From Octopus sinensis (Eukaryota), in assembly GCF_006345805.1 (NCBI RefSeq), contig NW_021825913.1, forward strand, positions 1-14,079: a DNA stretch of 14,079 nt, in the 5' to 3' direction. Every line of letters starts with the position of its first letter. Position 1 is the stretch's first letter. A model generated the notes under the pieces. The model was not told the origin of the DNA and did not search any database. It worked only from the letters and a program-made list of their open reading frames with translations. Shown piece after piece: positions 1 to 11,653 of this stretch. The position numbers and the translations under genes were made by a program.

Positions 1-516
1 GGGGTAAAGAGTAGGATACGAAAGCAAGAAGTTTTAAATCTAGATGCCTTTGTTTAAACAAACCCTTCTGTTGCCACTATAACAGAAATGACGAGAAAAG
101 AAAGAATAAAGAACAATGTACAAATAAATCCAAAAGAGACAAAAAAATTTTCAAATACAAATAATTTTTCTTTTTTGCATTCGTGCTTTTGACTTTTGGT
201 TTTTTTGTTTTTGTTTTCGGTGTGTTTGTGTAATTTATGGCCAGTGTCGATAAACAATGCATCACCTCAAGATCAATATTTGTCTATGTGCTGTGACCTT
301 GCTCTGTTGCTGTCATATGTTAAACGCTAATTGACATGTGATCCACTCATGCTCCCACGAACCAACACACCGCGTCAACCTACCACATCCATCGTTTTAT
401 AAATGAACGAAGGGACTTCGGCTTGCATGTTCGACTGATAAGATTGTTTGCATGCTTAAGGAGTTGTGATTGTTGATAGAAGAAGGAAGAATGGTTTCTA
501 ACTTAAGCAGCACAAG

Positions 517-1014
517 GCCACATATTTGAAGATGACAAAGGTTTGATTCGCTGCTCTCTACGTATTTTAACAACCATCGGTATAGGCATAAACCCACATA
601 TTTTAAGTTAACAAATGCTTGCATGGGGGCTCAACGTATTCAAACAGCCGTCGATATAGGCATCAAGCCACGTATTTTAAGATGACAATGATTTGGTTCG
701 GGACTCTTCGCCGTCGATATAGGCAGAAAGCCACATATTTTAAGATGACAGTTGTTTGGTTCGGGACTCTACGCTTTATACGTAGCATAAAGCTACGTAT
801 TTTACGATGACAGATGTTTGGCTTGCTGTTCGACGTATTTCAACAGCCCTTGGTATAGGCATAAAGCCACTTTTTTTTTATGACGACAGAGATTTGATTT
901 GCAGTTCTACGAGTTCAAACCGTCATCGATATAGACATAAAGCTATTTTTTTTAAGATAATAGAAGTTTGATTTGGTGTTCTACGCATTCTAAATACCGA
1001 CACCATAGGCATAA
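517..1014. repeat. Diverged tandem minisatellite, 7 units of ~62-76 bp
   Basis: Units start at about 517, 593, 667, 730, 792, 866 and 942. Hand consensus is GCCACATATTTTAAGATGACAGATGTTTGATTTGCTGTTCTACGTATTCAAACAGCCGTCGATATAGGCATAAA. Units 3 and 4 are about 12 bp shorter. A possible degenerate partial unit lies at ~382-435. Confidence 0.9.
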
Positions 1015-1154
1015 GATGGCAAAAGTTTTTCTTCACAGTAAACGTATGTGACCCACCATCGCTCCAGGCATAAGATCACTGACTTTAGCAAGGTAAATGT
1101 GTTTAGTTTGTCCGTCTGTGTTATAACTGACCACCCCGAGGATCTATAAAAGAC

Positions 1155-1337
1155 ATGCAGAGATGGCTGTATTGTTAGGAACACTGCTTTGCAAACACCA
1201 GGTTTCGGTTTTCAGTTCCATTGAGTGACACACCTGGCAGGTGACTTCTACAATAGTACCGGAATTCCGAGTTGTTCAGAGCATTAAAAGAGATTTTGGT
1301 AGGTGGAAACTGCACAGAAGCCCATCGTAGATGTGTG
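1155..1337 (+). mobile_element. Old tRNA-derived SINE, family 2 head and core
   Basis: Aligns by eye to 13233-13395: ATGGCTGTATTGTTAGG...GGTTTCGGTTTTCAGTTCC...GGCAGGTGACTTCTACAATAG...GATTTTGGTAGGTGGAAACTGCACAGAAGCCCATCG. Confidence 0.7.
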
Positions 1338-1390
1338 AACCATTTCGATGCTTTCTAAAAGCTCGGGAAAAGATAAGAAATGTGTTATTA

Positions 1391-1503
1391 GGCGGCAAAT
1401 TGATGAAAACGCTGGAGCATCGGAAAAATTTCTAGCGGTATTTTTCCGATTCATTACTTTGTGGGTTCAAATGACATCGGGGTCAATTTTGCCTTTGATT
1501 CTT
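1391..1503 (+). mobile_element. Old tRNA-derived SINE, family 1 5' part
   Basis: GGCGGCAAATTGATGAAAACG...AAATTTCTAGCGGTATTTTT...GGGTTCAAAT...GGGGTCAATTTTGCCTTTGATTCTT matches the reverse complement of the copies at 9236-9817. A B-box-like GGGTTCAAAT is present. Confidence 0.7.
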
Positions 1504-1959
1504 GCACCTCTCATCAGAATCGCTAACTTTGTGCTACAATTAAGAAGGATTATTATCAATATTCTTGTTAAACGGTTGACAGTTCTCAGTTGAGAATTCC
1601 TTTCGTATAGCTCAGAAGACGAGATTTGGACATAAAGTGTTGAGCAATGCCACTAAACGCAACTAAGTTCTTTCTCCGACATGCTGCCGCTTCTCTTATT
1701 TACTATGAATGTTTTTTAATGATTTTTAACAGAAACACAAGCCCAAGTATTTGGAATACACAGGAAGTTCTAAATCAGTAACTGACTACAATATAGTGTA
1801 TTATAACCAAAGTAAATGCATCGTGAAAATGCGAATTTACTGCGGTACTCGTCTTGAGATAATAAACTTTTGTGGACGTTCTGTGTCTAAAAACACAACA
1901 TATATTATAACAGTAGCAGACGAAAATCATACAGTTGTGGTGGTGAGAATGCTAAATGC

Positions 1960-2170
1960 GTATTTCAGCTCCGCTGAACAAAGACGAAATCTTTGTCCTT
2001 CGTCCACCGTCTTAAATTACGTTTTCTCCTTTTCGTATGTCCTCTTCTGTATCGTCTGTAATCCATGTATCGTTTGCTCTCGGTCCTATATTCTCCGCAA
2101 CTTTCGCGGGCACCGCCTGCATGGGAAGCATCTCAGTCTCTTCATTAATGGTGTGAAAGTGAGTAAAACT
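1960..2170 (-). mobile_element. Possible highly decayed non-LTR retrotransposon (RTE-like) ORF2 linker fragment
   Basis: The minus strand translates ...AVPAKVAENIGPRANDTWITDDTEEDIRKGENVI*. This loosely recalls the KxxWIxxxT linker between endonuclease and RT in RTE LINEs. No catalytic motif is seen. Confidence 0.2.
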
Positions 2171-2290
2171 ATCTCGTCGGTAACTGATCAAGAATTAGGG
2201 ACATTCTGTGCTTATCTTCCGTCCATTTGTGCACTCCACATGTTATACGTTATTTTTACACGCCGTTTTTGTATTTACAATACACTTTTC

Positions 2291-2407
2291 ATTTATATGT
2301 GCGTGTATCTGTGTGTCTGAGTGTATGTGTGTGTTCGTGTGTGTGTGTGTTCGTGTGTGTGTGTATTTGTGTTTGTGTTTGTATTTGCGTGTGTGTATTT
2401 GTGTGTT

Positions 2408-2440
<33 letters not shown>

Positions 2441-2503
2441 TTGTGTTTGCGTTTGTGTATTTGTATGTGTGTGTGCGTGCGTGTGTGTATGTGTGTATAT
2501 ATG
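2291..2503. repeat. Interrupted (TG)n microsatellite
   Basis: Visible directly in the sequence. Confidence 0.95.
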
Positions 2504-2961
2504 GTAAATGAAATACGGAAGATGAAAGATACGAGAATTTTTATTAATAACTACACTAGTTTCGAGATATCTAGCGTCGATTCCTCACGGGAGGAAGAAT
2601 TCATTAAAACTCACAGGTTTCAGACAATGACGAGCGAAAGAGAAGACGTCATCCTTAAACCAAAACTTGGGTCGAATGCTTAGCAGTGGATTTTTCTCCG
2701 CTAAAGACAAATCTCGTGCTAAACCAGTTGAAGGATCAAGTCAGCCCTGTTTAATATCACCTGCTGGGGGCTAGATTTGAACTTAAGACATACAGTACAG
2801 GACCAAACACTAGAAAATACCGCAAGGTGTGTGACCGATGCGACTTTCGGGCGGATTTGCTTATGTACTTAGTTGTGTCGGAATATTTGTATGCAGATCG
2901 CAGAGAATCGGATTAAAATACTGCGAGATATTTATTTCGACGCTGCTAACCGATCCATCAA

Positions 2962-2962
<1 letters not shown>

Positions 2963-3009
<47 letters not shown>

Positions 3010-3131
3010 GTCGTCGTCGTCGTCATCATCATCCTCATCATCATCAACATGATCATCAGCATCATCAGCACCCAACACCACCACCACCACCACCACCACC
3101 ATCATCATCACCATCATCATCATCATCATCA
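2963..3131. repeat. Compound (CAT)n/(CGT)n/(CAC)n microsatellite
   Basis: Visible directly in the sequence. Confidence 0.95.
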
Positions 3132-3404
3132 TTAATATTCGACATCTTTCTTTCTGTATGTGATATTTTTCCCTCCGAAAACCCCTAGTGGTATGTTTCT
3201 GTGTGGCATGCACAACAACAACAGCGACAAAAACAACAACGCCAAATGCCACGTTTTTGTTGTGCTTTAAGATTAAAAGACAAGGTCAGGATAAATTCTA
3301 AACAGCTCCGTTGACGCAACCAAATTATTTAACTAACATTAACAGAGAACAAACCCCGAAATAAGGAAACAAATTTAGATATTATCGGTGAATCATGAAA
3401 TATA

Positions 3405-3571
3405 TATGTATTTGTATGAGCGCAGCGCGCTCACATTTGTATGTGTGTGTGCATATATGTGTGTGTGCATATATGTGTGTGTGCATATATATTTGAATGC
3501 ATATGCACACACACACACACACACATAAATATAGATGTATATCTGCATCTATATATATATATCTATCTATC

Positions 3572-3630
<59 letters not shown>

Positions 3631-3745
3631 TATGTGTGTGATTGTGTGTGTGTGTGTATGTGTGTGAATATAAACATACACAGAGAACGAGAATGAGAGA
3701 GAGAGGGAGAGAGAGGAGAAAGAGAGAGGGAGAGAAAGATATATA
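3405..3745. repeat. Compound (TG)/(CA)/(TA)/(GA) microsatellite
   Basis: Visible directly in the sequence. Confidence 0.95.
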
Positions 3746-3788
3746 AGAATAACAACGGTTTCTCTCATTTTAGCGCACGCTCGAACGA

Positions 3789-3841
<53 letters not shown>

Positions 3842-4137
3842 GGTGGTGGTGGTGGTGGTGGCGGTGGTGGTGGTGGTGGTGGTGGTGGTGGTGATGAAGA
3901 TGAGGATGGTGGTGTTGGTGGTGATGGTGATGATGATTATGATGACGATGATGGTGATGATGATGATGGTGATGATAACGATGATGATCATGATGATGAT
4001 GGTGGTGCTGGTGCTGGTGATTTTGGTGGTGGAGGTTATGGTGATGAAGGTGGTTGTGGTGGTGATTGTGGTAGTTGTGGTGGTGGTTATAATGGTGGCG
4101 GTGGTAGCAGTGGTGGTGGCGATGATGGTGGTGAAAC
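3789..4137. repeat. Compound (GAT)n/(GGT)n microsatellite
   Basis: Visible directly in the sequence. Confidence 0.95.
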
Positions 4138-4443
4138 CGCGACCTTGCAGCCTAACCAGTTGGTTACACGTCTTTACTCCCGACTCACAGTAAAATATAT
4201 TCATCTCTAATGGATGTTCTCATGGTCACTAGACTTGTTAGAAAAGGCATAATACATACATATATATGTGTGTGTGTGTGTGAGTGTATTTGTATATATA
4301 TAACCCTAAAATTACATTCTTTGAATTATCATAGGTGATTCGGTGATTTTGCTATATACTTTTCGAGGTATGAGTATTGGTCGTACCTAACCCCATTTTA
4401 TCACATGATAAGCATCAAAATATCACCCAGTTAAGTTAATTAT

Positions 4444-4675
4444 AGAAAACTAACAACCTGCATTACACGTCAGGGTCTAACATGGAGCTCACGAAGGAAG
4501 CGGAAGAGTGGATGCCCTAAAGTATGATTGAAACATTAGATACTGAGTTAGAGCTGCAAAATGCAAGGATCCAACAGGATAGAAGCAGGAAAAGACAGCC
4601 CAGCCACGAAAACAGTGGCGAAACTGCAACGATGCCTAGGATCCTATAGCAAGCGGAGGGTTTAAGTAAGGAAAT
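4444..4675 (+). mobile_element. Decayed 3' end of an RTE-clade LINE ORF2
   Basis: From 4444 the frame reads RKLTTCITRQGLTWSSRRKRKSGCPK. After frameshifts it reads EKTAQPRKQWRNCNDA*DPIASGGFK* (stop at 4667-4669), followed by a TAAG/TAAA-like tail. This fits the RTE C-terminal pattern RKxxxxITRQALxWxPxGKRKRGRPK...AQDRxxWR, recalled from RTE elements. Confidence 0.7.
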
Positions 4676-4866
4676 AAAATCACGTTCAAACACTGCGTTT
4701 CAGGACATGTTGGAGTTTCTGCAAGATGGGGAAAAAGATGCAGAGGTCACGGTTTGCACGGTTTGTCTGTCTGTCTGCTAGAGTAGAGATGACGTGCAGC
4801 TGAACAGCAAAAACAACAACACAATATATGCGGTAGAATCTACACCATCAACAGTAGACACAGCAT

Positions 4867-4892
4867 CTACTACTACTACTACTACTGCTACA

Positions 4893-4940
<48 letters not shown>

Positions 4941-5124
4941 GTTGCTACTACTGCTACTATTACTACTACTACTACTACTACTACTACTGTTGCTACTACT
5001 GCTGCTGCTACTACTACTACTACTACTACTGCTACTACAACTGCTGTTGCTGCTGCTACTGCTGCTACTACTACTACGACTGCTGCCACTACTGCGGCTG
5101 CCACTACTACTACTACTGCTGCGG

Positions 5125-5166
<42 letters not shown>

Positions 5167-5440
5167 TTAATTCTGCTGCTGCTGCTGTAGCTGCAATAAG
5201 GTAGGGGATAACAGCAGAGGTTACAGTATCAGAGGCAACACTATCAACACAACAACAACAACAACAACAGCATGGACTGTAACAGCAGAAACAACAACAA
5301 CAGCAGAAAACACCAGAAAACAACAGCTTGAACGACACTGCAACACGAACAATAACCACAGCAGAAACAACAGGAACAACAACACCTACAAACAACAGTA
5401 AGACAAAACAGCAGCACTAACAACAACAACAACAACAACG
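4867..5440. repeat. (ACT)n/(GCT)n microsatellite (4867-5190) followed by a CAA/CAG-rich low-complexity tract
   Basis: Visible directly in the sequence. Confidence 0.95.
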
Positions 5441-5642
5441 ATAGTAGAGTAAACAAGAATAAAAGACGTGACTATAATGGCGGTCTGGAATGAAAGAGAG
5501 AATGGTGGGTGTATATATATTGTATATTTATTCACGTGTAAGGGTAATTTAAAAGAAAATTGTTTACAGTCTTTATAATGGACGGAAAAAATATTTGAAA
5601 AAAATACGCTTAATATTTAAAATGTTTTAACGTTTCGTGTGA

Positions 5643-5841
5643 ATGTGCATTACGTGTATATACATACAGGGCATGCATACATATATACATACATACATAT
5701 ATGCATTCGTACATATATGCATGCATACATGCATATATATGTATATATACATGCATACATGCATATGTAGGAAAGTATGTAGTTTACATATATATATATA
5801 TGTGTGTGTGTGTGTGGATATACATGTGATTATATATATGT

Positions 5842-5882
<41 letters not shown>

Positions 5883-6374
5883 TATGTGTTTATTTGGGGG
5901 TAAAATCATATGCGTCTGCGCATGTCTATGTAAATATATGTATCTAAAGTTATGTATATATACATACATATATATATATATACATATGCAAATGCATGTA
6001 TATGTATGCATTTAAGTGTGTAACTACGAAATATATTCATGCATATATATATATATGTATATATATATGCATATATATATGTATGTATATATATGTATCT
6101 ATATATATGTATATATATATATGTGTGTATATATATGTGTGTGCATATGTATATATATATATATATATATATACATTCGCATACACACGCACATGTCTAA
6201 ATCTATAATGTATGTATGTATGCATGTATATATGCGTGTCTTCAGATTTTGTTAGAGTGTGTATATATTTGTGTGCGTACCTACGTTACACCTGTGTGCT
6301 CACGTATCTCTGTGTATGCAATGTGTGTGTGTGCGTGCGTGTGTGCGTGCGTGCATGCGTGTGTGTGTGTGTCT
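5643..6374. repeat. Compound (TA)/(TACA)/(TG)/(TGCA) microsatellite field
   Basis: Visible directly in the sequence. Confidence 0.95.
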
Positions 6375-6474
6375 GTGTTAGCAGCTTGAGTATTTTATTT
6401 CGCTTAAGTCTGTTTATATACTGTCTGGAGCAGCATTTAAAATTGACGTCTTTTAAGTGGATGGGTTTTTGTCA

Positions 6475-7197
6475 TTGATGATGATGATGATGATGATGAT
6501 GATGACGACGACGACGACGGTAACGGAGACAAAGTCGCCCGCAATGATGACGATGACGACGATGACAACGTCGTTGATGGTGATAACGACAACGGCGATA
6601 GTGTGACGACGGCGACAATGATGAAGATGACAACGAAGAGTTGGTGGAGGAGGAGGGGGATGACGACTACGACGATTACGACGACGACAACGAGAACGAG
6701 GCGGACGATGATGAATATGCTGATGATGATAGTGGTCTTCATCATCATTGCTTTCCTCCTCCTCCTTCTCTTCCTCCCATTTATTGACATCCCCTCTCCT
6801 CCTACTCATCCTCCTCCTCATCATCATCATTGTGTCCATTTCTTCCTTCTCCTCCTCCCCTTCATTATCATCATTCCCCTCCTCCTCCACTTCATCATCA
6901 TTGTATTCCACCTCCTCCTTCTCTTCCTCCCTTTCGTTATCTCCCTCATCATTATCATCATCATAGTCATCATCATCCTTCTCCTCCTCCTCCTCATCAT
7001 CATTGTTTTCATCATCCTCCTTCTCCTCCTCCCTTTCGTTTTCGTCCTCATTATCATCATCATCATCATTATCATCATCATCATCATCATCGTCATCATC
7101 ATCATCATCATCATCGTCGTCGTCATTATCATCATCATCACCATCATCATCATCATCCTCATCATCATCGTCATCATCATCATCATCGTCATCATCG

Positions 7198-7237
<40 letters not shown>

Positions 7238-7255
7238 TATCATCATCATCATCAA

Positions 7256-7310
<55 letters not shown>

Positions 7311-7331
7311 GTCGTCGTCGTCGTCGTCGTC
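6475..7331. repeat. Compound trinucleotide field: GAT/GAC/GGA, then CCT/CTT/CAT/CGT
   Basis: Visible directly. The strand polarity of the repeat flips near 6735. Confidence 0.95.
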
Positions 7332-7389
7332 ATCTTGAGCGGAGTATGGAGCAGACTGTCTGTCATGTTATACGTGTTACGATTGCTTT

Positions 7390-8580
7390 TTTCCTCTCAC
7401 ATCATTTTTCTTGCTGTTGCTGCTGTTGTTGTTGTTGTTGATGTCACTACTATTCTTCAGTGTCCGTTACTTTCATTTCAGATGTTGTTGTTGTTGTTGT
7501 TGTTTTTAATTCCTCCTCCTATCATTGCTGTTGTTCATAACACCGCATTACTTAATGCAACACAAAACACTGTTGCTCCTTGCAGTGAGAGTATTTTTAC
7601 CCCACCTGTTTCTGCTTTTTGTTGCTGTTATTGTTGTAATTGATGTTGTTTTATGGCTCTCATATTTGTTTGTTATTGTTGTTGTTATTTCCTCTTTCGT
7701 CACCGTTGTCATCGTCGTCATCGTCGTCGTCGTTGTCGTTGTCGTCATCATTCTTAGCTCTTTGTCGTTTTTATTATTGTGTCTCGTATTATTGTAGGAA
7801 ACTGCTCACGCTAGTTTGCAGTATTCTTCTCTTATTTATAATATTATTATTTTTATTATTGGTGCTGTTGTTGTTGTTGTTGTTATTCCTTTGTTACTGT
7901 TGTTGTTGTTGTTGTTTCTGCGGATGTTATTACTGTAGGAAACTACTTATACCATTTTGTAATTTTTTCTTATTCTTAATATTGTTATTATGGTTGACGC
8001 TATCACAGTTACTGCCTTTACCATTGTCGATGTTTCTCTTGTTTTTACCGTTATTATCATAGGAATGTGCTCATACCACTTTGTAGGGTTTTTCTCCTAT
8101 ACTCCATATCACTATTATTGTTCCCCTCGTTGTTCGAGTCGTTGTTGCTTTTATTATTATTATTATTGTAGCATTTTCACATATTCTTAACATTGTCCAT
8201 ATTGTTACAATCACTGTTGCTGCTCTTGTTTTTACCGTTCTTGTTTACGCTGTTGTTGTTGTTATTATTATCATTACTATATTCTTTAAAGCTGTTTGTT
8301 GATTTTATTGCCGCTCTTGTAGCAGTTTGTTATTACAGCTGTTTACACTGCACATGGCTTTGTTGTTGCTGGTGTTGTCGTAATTGTTATTGTTGCAGAT
8401 TTGTTTACCTATTGTTGTTAAGAGTATTGCAATTTTACTGTTGCTATTGTAATTGTTTATTTTCTCATTGCTGTTGGTTCTTATTGGAATCTTACTCTTG
8501 TTCTTGCAACTATTGTTGTTGTGGTTTGTTTTATATACATTCTCCATTAGCTGAATTGCATAACTGCCAAATTGTTTATC
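7390..8580. repeat. Degenerate (TTG/TTA/CTG) low-complexity tract, probably an old decayed microsatellite
   Basis: T-rich with 3-base periodicity and short pure GTT and ATT runs. Confidence 0.85.
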
Positions 8581-8754
8581 GAAAGGTTTTCAGTTCGCAT
8601 TCTGTAATATAATATAACTCGACATAAAATTCATCTTTCTAAGACCACCTAAGTTATTTATACTATACAAATTCTTTTGGTTGACAGAGACAGGAAGTAT
8701 TGAACTATTATCGATTGTTTTTGTCAACTGTAAATATATTGCTTCCTAATCAAT

Positions 8755-8930
8755 TGGCGGAATTTGCTGCACACCTGACAAAATGCTTAGCAGTTTTTCG
8801 CCTGTCATTCTGTTCTGAGTTCAAATACCACCAACGTAGATGTTGCCGTCCATCCCCTTCGGGATGAGTACAATACGTACAAGTTAAGCCCTAGGGTCTA
8901 TCATTGTGCCTAGAATAGAAAAAGAATATT
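8755..8930 (+). mobile_element. tRNA-derived SINE, family 1, with internal deletion
   Basis: TGGCGGAATTTG...CTGACAAAATGCTTAGCAGTTTTTCG...TTCTGAGTTCAAATACCACC...CCATCCCCTTCGGG...GGGTCTAT...TTGTGCCTAGAATAGAAAAAGAATA matches the reverse complement of 9236-9438. Confidence 0.8.
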
Positions 8931-9235
8931 TATCTTATTTGACTGATATTCGGTTGTTTTGACTTAGGCGAACATTTCTCAAATAATATGCAATTGGTGT
9001 TGAGGGTTTTCATTTATTAAAACCTGATGTAATTTCCATGGAGTTTTATCGCGGAATTCAAAAAAAGAATCGAACCAGAATGTCACCGAAAGAATATCAA
9101 ATAATACCAATAAGGAAAAACCAGAAAAATTTTATCAAGATTATTACACACACACACATATATGCAAAAATATCCTGTACGTATATTTGCCAGTCATCTT
9201 CTGAAGTGGAAGTTGAGACTTTGCTGCATGGAGAT

Positions 9236-9438
9236 ATTCTTTTCTTCTCTAAGGACAAAGCCCGAAATTGTTTGGGAAGGGACCAGTGAATTAGATCGAC
9301 TCCAGTGAGTAACTGGTACTTAATTTATCGACCCCAAAAGGATGAAAGGCAAAGTTGACCCCGGTGGAATTTGAACTCAGAATATAAAGACAGACGAAAT
9401 GCCGCTAAGCATTTTGCCAGGTGTGCTGACGTTTCTGC
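9236..9438 (-). mobile_element. tRNA-derived SINE, family 1, copy A (tail type 1)
   Basis: The core GATTAGATCGAC..CCAGT...AACTGGTACTTAATTTATCGACCCC.AAAGGATGAAAGGCAAAGT.GACC..GG.GGAATTTGAACTCAG is shared with copies B and C. The B box GAGTTCAAATTCC is on the minus strand. Confidence 0.9.
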
Positions 9439-9440
9439 TC

Positions 9441-9594
9441 AAAGCACCAGGATGGAAATTTTGGAGTAGAGGGCCAGTCGATTAGATCGACCCCATTACG
9501 CAACTGGTACTTAATTTATCGACTTCAAAAGGATAAAATCAAAGTCGACCTCGGCGGAATTTGAACTCAGACAGTAAGGAGAAGAGGAAATACC
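9441..9594 (-). mobile_element. tRNA-derived SINE, family 1, copy B (tail type 1, head truncated)
   Basis: Same core as copy A. It ends at GAAATACC (9587-9594), which overlaps copy C. Confidence 0.9.
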
Positions 9595-9817
9595 TATTTC
9601 TTTACTACCCACAAGGGGCTAAACACAGAGAGGACAAACAAGGACAGACAAGCGGATTAAGTCGATTATATCGACCCCAGTGCGCAACTGGTACTTAATT
9701 TATCAACCCCGAAAGGATGAAATTCAAAGTCGACCTCAGCGGAACTCAGAACGTAGCGGCAGACGAAATACCGCTAAACATTTCGCCTGGCGTGCTAACG
9801 TTCCTGCCAGTTCACCG
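9587..9817 (-). mobile_element. tRNA-derived SINE, family 1, copy C (near full length, tail type 2)
   Basis: Same head and core. It has a different tail (GAAATACCTATTTCTTTACTACCCACAAGGGGCTAAACACAGAGAGGACAAACAAGGACAGACAAGCGG) and a small deletion in the B-box region (GCGGAACTCAG versus GCGGAATTTGAACTCAG). Confidence 0.9.
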
Positions 9818-9996
9818 TGTTGTTGCATGAAGATATTAAATCCATGATAGTTGGTATTTTACTTGGCTTTTACGTATATCTTCAATATCGCTACAGAATA
9901 GTACTTGCTTCCATAATATGTATTTTCATATCAGCCAGTCATCGATCATTCGAGACACGTGTAAAAATATGCTCTGATGACAACTTCACGTCATAT

Positions 9997-10804
<808 letters not shown>

Positions 10805-10960
10805 AGATCTTGGTCCTGCTTGTTTCTGGACGGCCTGATCTACTTAACTAGCGGTGCTAAGCAGGCGGTTATATCAGCACGGTCATTGCTGACAGCCATT
10901 ATATTTAACAAAAGAATAAGACCAAGGATGGTTACACTCGTCTAAGAGTTGACAGGCACC

Positions 10961-10987
10961 ATGTATGTATGTATGTATGTATGTGTG

Positions 10988-11021
<34 letters not shown>

Positions 11022-11027
11022 TGTATG

Positions 11028-11061
<34 letters not shown>

Positions 11062-11326
11062 TGTATGTATGTATGTATGTATGTATGTATGTATCTATGT
11101 ATGTATGTATGTATCTATGTATGTATGTATGTATGTATGTATGTATGTATGTATGTATGTATGTATGTATGTATGTATGTATGTATGTATGTATGTATGT
11201 ATGTATGTATGTATGTATCTATGTATGTATGTATCTATGTATGTATGTATGTATGTATGTATGTATGCATGTATGTATGTATGTATGTATGTATGTATGT
11301 ATGTATGTATGTATGCATGCATGTAT
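10961..11326. repeat. (ATGT)n tetranucleotide microsatellite, ~90 units
   Basis: Visible directly, with sparse ATCT and GCAT variants. Confidence 0.98.
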
Positions 11327-11340
11327 TACGTAGATATATA

Positions 11341-11487
11341 GGTATGTTACTGTGCGGTAAGAAGTTTGCCCCCCAACATATGGCTTCGGGTTCAGCCGTA
11401 TTAAGCGGCACATTGGGCCATGTAATAGCTTTGGCCCGACTAAGGTTTGTGAGTGTATTTAGTAGACAGAAAATGAAAGAAGCCTGT

Positions 11488-11489
<2 letters not shown>
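11341..11489 (+). mobile_element. tRNA-derived SINE, family 2 head and core
   Basis: CTGTGCGGTAAGAAGTTTG...GGCTTCGGGTTCAG...GGCCCGACTAAGGTTTGTGAGTGTATTTAGTAGACAGAAAATGAAAGAAGCCTGTC is homologous to 13233-13395. Confidence 0.85.
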
Positions 11490-11526
<37 letters not shown>

Positions 11527-11653
11527 AGAAGGATGTGAGAGAGAGAGAGAGAGAGAAAGTGAGACAGATATAAACAGACATAGATAAATAGAGTGAGAGA
11601 GAGAAAAAAATACAGACAGACAGACAGACAGACGGACAGACAGAGAGACAGAC

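Noticed and set aside
517-1014. CRISPR-like array or coding repeat (ORF 619-810)
   Set aside because: The variable parts are homologous to each other, so they are not unique spacers. The context is eukaryotic with no cas genes. Unit lengths of 76, 74, 63, 62, 74 and 76 break the reading frame.
1751-2320. 189-aa ORF
   Set aside because: It starts at TTG, has no recognisable motif and runs into a TG repeat.
2720-2860. Possible very old family-1 SINE on the minus strand (GATTTGAACTTAAG...AAATACCGCAAGG)
   Set aside because: Only two short motifs match, which is too little to call by eye.
2208-4204. CV-, His-, Asp-, Val- and Thr-rich ORFs
   Set aside because: They are microsatellite artefacts.
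4482-4781. Protein-like frame MELTKEAEEW...DMLEFLQDGEKDAEVTVC
   Set aside because: It has two internal stops and mostly overlaps the RTE relic in other frames. A 4704-4760 mini-exon has a weak acceptor and no support.
6437-8612. Poly-Ile, poly-His, poly-Ser, poly-Met and Leu/Cys-rich ORFs
   Set aside because: They are trinucleotide repeat read-throughs, open on both strands and in several frames, with no domain content.
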